Assembly (NCBI RefSeq): GCF_003367075.2
Contig: NZ_CP065936.1
Location: 3,330,001-3,362,000 of the forward strand
Direction: 5' to 3'
Origin: Cylindrospermopsis raciborskii Cr2010
GTDB taxonomy: Bacteria; Cyanobacteriota; Cyanobacteriia; Cyanobacteriales; Nostocaceae
DNA length: 32,000 bases
The position numbers were made by a program, and so were the translations under genes. Every line of letters starts with the position of its first letter. Position 1 is the stretch's first letter. The notes under the pieces were generated by a model. The model saw only the letters and a list, made by a program, of their open reading frames with translations, was not told where the DNA came from and did no database searches. Below are positions 9,965-16,948 of the stretch, one piece after another.

Positions 9965-10705
9965 ATGGAAGTAATTCAGCTTAACCAAGTTTCCCTGTGG
10001 AGAAGAACACAAGAAGAGTTTTCCTACGATTTAAAAAGAACCCTACTTTCCATTGTGGAAGGTAAATATCGTAAACCCGTGAAAAAATTAGTTTTAGATA
10101 ATATAAATTTAGTTGTAAAACAAGGGGAGAAAATTGGAATTATTGGTGCTAATGGTTCTGGGAAATCAACACTTTTAAAAATCATTTGTGGCATTTTGCG
10201 ACCCACCCAGGGCAAGGTACGTATCAATGGCAAAATAGCACCTTTAATCGAATTAGGCGCGGGTTTTGATCCTGATATTTCCGTTATGGATAATATTGTA
10301 CTTTACGGAGTATTATTAGGATTTTCTAGATCGGAGATGAAAGCAAGAGCATATTCAATTTTAGAATTTGCCGAATTGCAAGATTATGCTTTAGTTCCCG
10401 TTAAAGGATTGTCCTCTGGGATGGTAGCAAGGTTGGGTTTTGCTATTGCTACGGATGTACAACCAGACATTTTAATTTTAGATGAAGTCTTATCTGTGGG
10501 AGATGAAAGATTTAAGCATAAATGTCAACAGCGGATTGAAAGATTTTGGAATGCGGATGCAACAGTTTTAGTGGTCTCCCATGATTTAGAGTTTGTTAAA
10601 CATTCTTGTCAAAGAATAATTTGGTTAGATCATGGACAGATAAAATATATGGGTGATGGACAGCATGCTGTTCAGTCTTATTTAACTGGTACAGGAGGAT
10701 TGTAA
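9965..10705 (+). CDS. ABC transporter ATP-binding protein, polysaccharide/teichoic-acid export type (Wzt/TagH/KpsT-like), NBD only
   Basis: Walker A GANGSGKSTLLK, signature LSSGMVARLGFAIA, Walker B ILILDEVLSVGD, H-loop VVSHD, and the ELGAGFDPD motif typical of Wzt/TagH. ATG 9965 (MEVIQLNQVSLW) is preferred over GTG 9938. No ABC-2 permease gene is adjacent. Confidence 0.85.
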   Translation: MEVIQLNQVSLWRRTQEEFSYDLKRTLLSIVEGKYRKPVKKLVLDNINLVVKQGEKIGIIGANGSGKSTLLKIICGILRPTQGKVRINGKIAPLIELGAGFDPDISVMDNIVLYGVLLGFSRSEMKARAYSILEFAELQDYALVPVKGLSSGMVARLGFAIATDVQPDILILDEVLSVGDERFKHKCQQRIERFWNADATVLVVSHDLEFVKHSCQRIIWLDHGQIKYMGDGQHAVQSYLTGTGGL

Positions 10706-10737
10706 CTCATGGGAAGACCCACGAGTTAGCGAGGAAA

Positions 10738-10974
10738 CTAATTAATCACAATATGTCTTACCAGAATACTCATAACCTCCCCAGGGTTACCAGTTGGCGT
10801 GAGATCACTCCAATCAGTTGCATTGGCATAACCAAGCACGTGTAGATAGTGAATCGTACTAATAACCGCCTTTTTCGAGCCAATCAATAGGTGTTTTAGC
10901 GGTTCCCGGTGACCAGCTTGTGAAACCACCCTAGAGTCATCAACATTGCTGATAAAGTTTCTGGTGTGTGCCAT
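10738..10974 (-). CDS. Small conserved hypothetical protein (78 aa)
   Basis: ORF on the opposite strand between the ATPase and the GT genes. The segment LLIGSKKAVISTIHYLHVLGYANATDWSDLTPTGNPGEVMSILVR resembles a multi-copy small-protein family I recall from filamentous cyanobacteria. Function unknown. Confidence 0.45.
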   Translation of the reverse strand: MAHTRNFISNVDDSRVVSQAGHREPLKHLLIGSKKAVISTIHYLHVLGYANATDWSDLTPTGNPGEVMSILVRHIVIN

Positions 10975-10999
10975 AATTTATGTGCCTCCATGTTGGGGT

Positions 11000-11044
11000 G
11001 TAAGGTGATCAGAGGTTTCCGCCAAGAAATAGAGATCACCTTAC
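11000..11044. repeat. Perfect 11-bp inverted repeat GTAAGGTGATC / GATCACCTTAC with a 23-nt spacer, followed by TTTTTCC
   Basis: Read directly: arms at 11000-11010 and 11034-11044. On the + strand it looks like an intrinsic terminator. On the - strand it lies just upstream of the 78-aa ORF start. Confidence 0.5.
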
Positions 11045-11172
11045 TTTTTCCTAATTATAAAACTATTTGAACAGACATGCAAGTAGTTTATAGAAAATAA
11101 TTAATAATTTTTGTAAAATCTTTCGACTTGTCAAGCATAAATGAAAAATGCCAGAATCTGGCACTCCCTAAT

Positions 11173-11312
11173 GGGAGATCGCCAAGCACCCCGGTTAGGT
11201 AGAGAAAACTCAATATATCCCGTGGGTTTGTTGGGTTTCGTTCCTCAACCCAACCTACAATGACCTGCGATAAGACTGCGCTTTTAGATCGGGAATTGAT
11301 TCCCGGTCTCCC
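11173..11312. repeat. Second MITE-like/composite repeat carrying the same hairpin module
   Basis: 11230-11258 (gttgggtttcgttcctcaacccaacctac) is identical over 29 nt to 15421-15449 of MITE copy B, but the flanks differ. The outer ends GGGAGATCG (11173-11181) and CGGTCTCCC (11304-11312) are 8/9 inverted repeats. An internal hairpin GATCGGGAA-ttga-TTCCCGGTC lies at 11287-11308. Confidence 0.4.
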
Positions 11313-11520
11313 CCACAGACTTAATTGGGGAATTAATGTACTTCAACACTATGATGGAAAACTAGAGTCAAAAATGGTTAAAGATTACGATTAATACATA
11401 ATATTGACTTTTTAATTAAGTGTTTATTCGGTTTGCATCTTGATTATTGATTTGCCATAACAGTACAAACAGGATATTCACAAGGATGTGTTTATCCTTT
11501 AGATAAAGAACAAAAAATTT

Positions 11521-13434
11521 ATGGTTAATCAACTGGAATTGCCCTCTCTCCATCAGATTCCTCGCCAGAAAATAGAGAACCATCATCTGCAAAATATTAT
11601 TTTTCCCACAACTACTATTTGTACAGTTGAAGAATTATTTTTTAGGAATAATGACCAGGTAATCTTTAACTATGAGCATCAAATCCTGGAGTTAAAACCG
11701 GGTAATCTTGTTAGTTTAGACACATATTTTAATGGTTTTTATGTGGATAATTGGCGAGAATATACTAGTTTAGTAGATATAAATGTCAGTTTAAAGTTTC
11801 AAGGTACTGGCAAAGTGAGTCTTTATAACATTGACAGATTAGGTGAAACTAAAACCCTCTTGGCACAAAAAATAATCAAGAGTAACACAACCAAGGAATT
11901 GGAGGAAATCCTAGTTTTTAAAAATCTGGATATATCATCCTATACGGGAATGATATATTTAGAAATCCTGGCTCTAGAAATGTGTCAGATTAGTCACGGT
12001 CACTTTTCAACTTCCGAGCAACCCAAGCAACAGGTAAAAATAGCACTGGTAATTTGTACTTACAAAAGAGAAAAGTATATTCAGAAAAATATTCAATTAT
12101 TAGGATCACATCTCTCAGAAAATCCCCAATATAGAAATCAATTAGAAGTATGGATCATTGATAATGGTAGAACATTAAATATAGAAGATATTAAAGATAT
12201 CAATAATAACCTAAAAATTCACCTTATACCTAATAAAAATGCAGGAGGGAGTGGTGGTTTTGCCAGAGGAATGCTGGAAGTAATTGAAAATTCAAATCAG
12301 TTCTCTCATATTCTGCTGATGGATGATGACATTCTCTTTCACCCAGAAATTTTTAACAGAGTCTGGGTTTTCTTGAGTTTATGCCATGGAAAATATGCAA
12401 AAGAAATTTGTCTTGGCAGTAGTATGTTAAGACTAGATAAGAAATATATACAGCATGAAAAAGGAGCATACTGGAACAGAAGTCAAGGTTTTGTACCCGT
12501 CAAGCAGAATATGGACTTAAGGAAATTAAAAGATACCTTGTTCAATGAAGTAGATGAGTATATTGATTACAGTGGTTGGTGGTTTTTTTGTTTTCCGGTT
12601 CACATAATCAAAGAGCATGGACTACCATATCCATTTTTTATCAAGGTAGACGATGTAGAATTTTGTCGAAGAATTGGTAAAAAAATCATCATTTTAAATG
12701 GTATAAGTGTATGGCATGAACCATTTGAAAATAAAAAAAATCCATCTATTGAATATTACTATTTCCGAAATAGTATGATTTACCATAGTCTATATTTTGA
12801 ACAAGAATTTAGTAGAATAAAAGCAATCAAATGGTTTTTAAAACCCTTGTTAAGGGAACTATTTTGCTATAGATATGAAACAGCAAAAAGTATTATCAAA
12901 GCCACCGTAGATTTCCTCAAAGGTCCCCATGCTTTAGTTGCTAACCATCCCGAAGAAAAGCATAAACAAGTCTGTCAATCTGAGGAAAAAACCAGTAGAA
13001 ATCCAGACCTATGCTTTGTGTATAAAAAATATTGGGAAAGTGTAGAAAAGACCGAAAGTAAATTACATAGGTTTTGGAGACTTTTAACCCTTAATGGTCA
13101 TCTTTTACCCGATTGGTTATTTTTTGAGGATGACACATTGAGCGATAAGGGATATAGTATTGTGCCATCTAATAATGGTAGACCCTTAAATACCTTTAGG
13201 GTGAAAAAAGTTTTATATTACAACTTAACAACACAGGAAGGATTCATAGTTAAATTTTGCCGGAGAGAATTTTTTAGAATTTTTATATCGGCTTTGTGGT
13301 TGGCATTATTAATGATGATTCAACTAGAAAGAACTAAACGGCAATATATAGACTCATTTACTAAATTTACCAGTCCTAATTTCTGGGAAACTTATCTAGA
13401 AATAGCCCCACAGTCATCTAAATATGGAGAATAA
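11521..13434 (+). CDS. GlfT2-like galactofuranosyltransferase (N-terminal beta-rich domain, GT-A catalytic domain, C-terminal helical domain)
   Basis: 637 aa. GT-A start KIALVICTYKREKYI, then NKNAGGSGGFARGM, DDD motif HILLMDDDILFHPE (D268-270, nt 12322-12330), FFIKVDDVEFCRR (D377/D378) and VWHEPF (H399). From memory, length and motif spacing closely parallel mycobacterial GlfT2 (DDD ~256-258, DD ~371-372, His ~396, 637 aa). glf lies immediately downstream. Confidence 0.7.
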   Translation: MVNQLELPSLHQIPRQKIENHHLQNIIFPTTTICTVEELFFRNNDQVIFNYEHQILELKPGNLVSLDTYFNGFYVDNWREYTSLVDINVSLKFQGTGKVSLYNIDRLGETKTLLAQKIIKSNTTKELEEILVFKNLDISSYTGMIYLEILALEMCQISHGHFSTSEQPKQQVKIALVICTYKREKYIQKNIQLLGSHLSENPQYRNQLEVWIIDNGRTLNIEDIKDINNNLKIHLIPNKNAGGSGGFARGMLEVIENSNQFSHILLMDDDILFHPEIFNRVWVFLSLCHGKYAKEICLGSSMLRLDKKYIQHEKGAYWNRSQGFVPVKQNMDLRKLKDTLFNEVDEYIDYSGWWFFCFPVHIIKEHGLPYPFFIKVDDVEFCRRIGKKIIILNGISVWHEPFENKKNPSIEYYYFRNSMIYHSLYFEQEFSRIKAIKWFLKPLLRELFCYRYETAKSIIKATVDFLKGPHALVANHPEEKHKQVCQSEEKTSRNPDLCFVYKKYWESVEKTESKLHRFWRLLTLNGHLLPDWLFFEDDTLSDKGYSIVPSNNGRPLNTFRVKKVLYYNLTTQEGFIVKFCRREFFRIFISALWLALLMMIQLERTKRQYIDSFTKFTSPNFWETYLEIAPQSSKYGE

Positions 13435-13437
13435 ATT

Positions 13438-14586
13438 ATGTATGACAGAATGTTTGATTTTCTGATTGTTGGAGCTGGTTTTGCTGGTTGCACTCTAGCA
13501 AATTGTATAGCTACACAGCTGGATCGTAAAGTTTTGGTAATTGATACTCGTCATCATATTGGTGGTAATGCTTTTGATTGTTATGATAATGCGGGGGTAT
13601 TAATTCATAAATATGGAGCGCATATTTTTCATACCAATAGTAAAAAAATCATTGATTACCTTTCCCAATTTACTCAATGGCGAGTTTATCAACATCAAGT
13701 TTTAGCCAGAGTTGATGGTGATTTATATCCAATTCCTATTAACTTAAATACAATCAACAAAATGTATGGTTTAAATCTTAATAATGAAGAAGTTGCAGAT
13801 TTTTATGAACAAATTAAGCAAAAATATGACAGAATTGAAAATTCAGAACAAGCTGTAATCAGTAAGGTCGGAAATGATTTATATGAGAAGTTTTTTAAAA
13901 ACTATACTTATAAACAATGGAATTTATGGCCTCACCAATTAGATGCTTCTGTGTGCGCTCGTATCCCCGTGAGAACAAATAAAGATAACCGTTATTTTGG
14001 CGATAAATATCAGTTAATGCCACTACATGGTTATACAAAAATGTTTGAAAATATGTTGGCACATCCCAATATTAAGATTATGCTCAATACAAGCTTTCAA
14101 GATGTGGAAAAGTGGTTAAAATTTGACCATTTAATTTATACAGGACCAATTGATCAGTTTTTCGATTACAAATTTGGTCAACTTCCCTATCGTTCCTTAC
14201 GCTTTGAATTTGAAACTCACGATGTTGAATATTTTCAACCTGTTGCTGTTGTCAATTATCCCAATGATTATGACTTTACAAGAATAGTAGAATCTAAACA
14301 TATCACGGGACAAAAACACCCGAAAACCACCATTTATTATGAATATCCCCAATCGGAGGGAGACCCATATTATCCCATACCTCGTCCAGAAAATCGTGAT
14401 TTATTTGAACAATATAAAACTGCTGCAGATAAACTGGCATCAGTAACTTTTGTTGGTAGGTTAGCACAGTACCAATATTACAACATGGATCAGGTGGTTG
14501 CTGCTGCTCTCACAGTTTTTGAAAACCGCATTAGTCAACTTTCTTATTATCCTCTTATTACAGGTAAAATCTCTCATGGAAACTAG
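13438..14586 (+). CDS. glf: UDP-galactopyranose mutase
   Basis: FAD fold FDFLIVGAGFAGCTLA, then VLVIDTRHHIGGNAFD, GAHIFHTNSKKIIDYLSQFTQW, a YNMDQVV-containing C-terminus, and ~380 aa length. It starts 3 nt after the preceding stop, and a GGAGAA Shine-Dalgarno sits inside the upstream gene end, suggesting translational coupling. Confidence 0.92.
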   Translation: MYDRMFDFLIVGAGFAGCTLANCIATQLDRKVLVIDTRHHIGGNAFDCYDNAGVLIHKYGAHIFHTNSKKIIDYLSQFTQWRVYQHQVLARVDGDLYPIPINLNTINKMYGLNLNNEEVADFYEQIKQKYDRIENSEQAVISKVGNDLYEKFFKNYTYKQWNLWPHQLDASVCARIPVRTNKDNRYFGDKYQLMPLHGYTKMFENMLAHPNIKIMLNTSFQDVEKWLKFDHLIYTGPIDQFFDYKFGQLPYRSLRFEFETHDVEYFQPVAVVNYPNDYDFTRIVESKHITGQKHPKTTIYYEYPQSEGDPYYPIPRPENRDLFEQYKTAADKLASVTFVGRLAQYQYYNMDQVVAAALTVFENRISQLSYYPLITGKISHGN

Positions 14587-15346
14587 AATTAACGCTCAAA
14601 TACAAAGCCAGAATTTATGGGATGGTGCCACTCTCATAGATATCATGCGTAAACAAGCAATTGAATATGATTTTAATAAGGGTAGAATGGTTATTAATTC
14701 TATTTTATTAGCTGATAAAACAGAAGTAAACAACCGAGGTTTTTTATTAGATAAAATCAGAGATTATGGTTGTGCATACCAAGGATGGAATCTTTACGCT
14801 CCTTATCAACAATATCTTAATGCTTCTGATTATGGACCATTACAAATTCCTACAGAATTAGCTGACTTTTTAATTTTCTCTATTCAAAAACAACCCCAAT
14901 CATTTTTAGAAGTGGGAGTGATGTATGGAGGATTCTCTGTTTTATGCTGCGCTGTGTTGTCTAAATTCAACAAAGATTTTCATTATATCTGTGTTGATAT
15001 AGAGGATAACTTTAGAGATTGGCAATATTTTTCATCTATTTTACCCCTAGAAAAAGCTATTCCTGCTACATCTGCTGACTTTATTGGCAAGAAATTTGAT
15101 CTGGTTTATATCGATGGAGACCATTCCTATCATGGCATGAAAAGAGATTTTATGAATGTGGGACGTCATGCTAAATTCTGTGCTTTTCATGATATTAATG
15201 CTACGGAATATGATTACCTAGATGGTGGTACAAGACGATGTTGGAATGATCTTAAATTATCCTATTGTCACTCAGCTTCTATTTGGGAAATTAGTCATAT
15301 TGCTGAAGAATGGATGGGTATTGGAATTATAGATTTTAATACATGA
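14576..15346 (+). CDS. Class I SAM-dependent methyltransferase-like protein (CmcI/Methyltransf_24-like)
   Basis: Motif I-like FLEVGVMYGGFSVL and the acidic DLVYIDGDHSYHGMKRDF motif typical of this subfamily. ATG 14576 (METRINAQ) overlaps the glf stop by 11 nt. The longer ORF from 14498 would overlap glf by 89 nt and encodes only a hydrophobic junk-like leader. Confidence 0.55.
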   Translation: METRINAQIQSQNLWDGATLIDIMRKQAIEYDFNKGRMVINSILLADKTEVNNRGFLLDKIRDYGCAYQGWNLYAPYQQYLNASDYGPLQIPTELADFLIFSIQKQPQSFLEVGVMYGGFSVLCCAVLSKFNKDFHYICVDIEDNFRDWQYFSSILPLEKAIPATSADFIGKKFDLVYIDGDHSYHGMKRDFMNVGRHAKFCAFHDINATEYDYLDGGTRRCWNDLKLSYCHSASIWEISHIAEEWMGIGIIDFNT

Positions 15347-15378
15347 TCAAGAGCAAATTTGTAATTTATTCCGTTATT

Positions 15379-15479
15379 TAAGTAGGGAGGCACAATTATT
15401 TGTAGGATCCCCATGAGGGCGTTGGGTTTCGTTCCTCAACCCAACCTACGTTCATGTTTAATTCCACTCACCCACTTAT
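15379..15479 (-). mobile_element. MITE-like dispersed repeat, copy B (inverted orientation)
   Basis: taagtagggaggcacaattatttgtagg...gttgggtttcgttcctcaacccaacctacgttcatgtttaattccactcacccactta is the reverse complement of the A/D consensus, with a different hairpin loop. It sits in the 191-bp spacer between the methyltransferase and the next GT gene. Confidence 0.85.
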
Positions 15480-15537
15480 CCTATTTATCTTTACATAGTT
15501 TGGTCTTTTAACGCCAACTTACCTTAGTCTATGATTT

Positions 15538-16929
15538 ATGAAAATCACTAAAGTCGCTGCTATTATTGTCACATGGAACAAACGTAAGGATGTTTGTGCG
15601 GTAATTAAAGACATAGAAAGTCTAGATTTACAGAACATATCTTTGGATATTTTTGTGGTTGATAATGCTTCACAGGATGGAACCCAGAATTATCTTGAAC
15701 TCCATTATCCACATATCAAAGTTTTACAAACCGGAAAAAACCTTGGTGGTTCTGGTGGTTTTTCTCAAGGGATGAATTTTGTCAGTAACCTTGATTATCA
15801 ATACATTTGGTTACTTGATAATGATGTACGGTTAGATCCTTATGCTTTAGTCCCTTTAGTGGAAACTTTAAACAGATATGCGGAAGTGGGGTTGGTAGGA
15901 TCTCAAATTAGGAAGTTAGATAATCCAGATATTATTCAAGAAATAGGGAGTTATATTCACGAACCCAAAGCTCACTTGCAAACCTATTTAGGTAATTCAC
16001 CGGTTCAATCTCCAGCAGAAATTTTAAACAGTAAGAATTATCTCACTGTAGATATTTGTGCTGCTGCTTCACTATTATTCAGAAGGGAAATTATTCACCA
16101 AATAGGCGTTTTTGAAAACTATTTTTTACACTTTGATGACGTAGAATGGTGTTTGAGAGCTAAACAATTTGGTTGGGTGATTGCTGCTCATCCCGCATCG
16201 ATTATTTGGCACTGTTCACCGGATTTTAAACAGCGTCCTTGGATTAGTTATTATGATGAACGCAATCTCCTCTATTGTTGGCACAAACACAGACCAGATC
16301 TCTTATTAAGACGCTTGAGAATATTATTTCCTAAGTTGGTTTATTATTCCTTAACTGGACGCCATTTTTGGGCATTAATTCATTTGCAAGCTATGACGGA
16401 CTTCCTGAACCTCATTCAAGGTGAAATGCCCAATTTGTTATCAAGTTTTACTTTAGGAGAAATTTTACCTCATAATGGACAGGTATTAATACAAGATTCT
16501 ATCTATCAACATATTTGCGATTTTTTAGATGTTAAGCAAGAGCAAAAATTTACTCTCTGGTATCCACCTAACAAATATAATAAGTTATGGGCTTGGGCTT
16601 ATTTATCATTTATATCTTGTTTTTCTAAACCCGTAGACTTAGCAATTGTCAGCTACTGGAAACCAAATTTTTATTATCTTCATCTGTCTAGAAAGCTTTA
16701 TTTCTTTACTGGTAACGGTTATGTTATGTCCCAAATTAGTTTCACCCAAATTATATTGGATAGTCTCGGAGTAGTGTATGGGTTTTTAAAAATATACCTA
16801 CGGATGACTCACTTGCTTAAAAAATCTGACAAATCTTTTAATAAGCTGGTTATCTCAAATCTACTTCACCCCTTTTGGGTAAATAAGGTAAAAAAATTGT
16901 TGTTGATAATTTCAACTATTTATAGTTAA
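15538..16929 (+). CDS. GT2 glycosyltransferase with GlfT-like catalytic motifs and a hydrophobic C-terminal region
   Basis: KVAAIIVTWNKRKDV, VVDNASQDGT, GKNLGGSGGFSQGM, IWLLDNDVRLDP, FLHFDDVEWCLRAKQFG and IIWH. This is the same NxGGSGGF ... DDVE(F/W)C.R ... WH pattern as the 637-aa protein, but without its N-terminal domain. The C-terminal ~130 aa contain hydrophobic helices (LWAWAYLSFISCF, IILDSLGVVYGFLKIYL, LLLIISTIY). Confidence 0.75.
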   Translation: MKITKVAAIIVTWNKRKDVCAVIKDIESLDLQNISLDIFVVDNASQDGTQNYLELHYPHIKVLQTGKNLGGSGGFSQGMNFVSNLDYQYIWLLDNDVRLDPYALVPLVETLNRYAEVGLVGSQIRKLDNPDIIQEIGSYIHEPKAHLQTYLGNSPVQSPAEILNSKNYLTVDICAAASLLFRREIIHQIGVFENYFLHFDDVEWCLRAKQFGWVIAAHPASIIWHCSPDFKQRPWISYYDERNLLYCWHKHRPDLLLRRLRILFPKLVYYSLTGRHFWALIHLQAMTDFLNLIQGEMPNLLSSFTLGEILPHNGQVLIQDSIYQHICDFLDVKQEQKFTLWYPPNKYNKLWAWAYLSFISCFSKPVDLAIVSYWKPNFYYLHLSRKLYFFTGNGYVMSQISFTQIILDSLGVVYGFLKIYLRMTHLLKKSDKSFNKLVISNLLHPFWVNKVKKLLLIISTIYS

Positions 16930-16948
16930 TCTGTCATGAGGGATAATT

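Noticed and set aside
14498-14575. Longer start for the methyltransferase ORF, overlapping glf by 89 nt
   Set aside because: The extra 26 residues are a Leu/Ile-rich read-through of the glf 3' end in another frame. ATG 14576, with an 11-nt overlap, is the more usual coupled arrangement.
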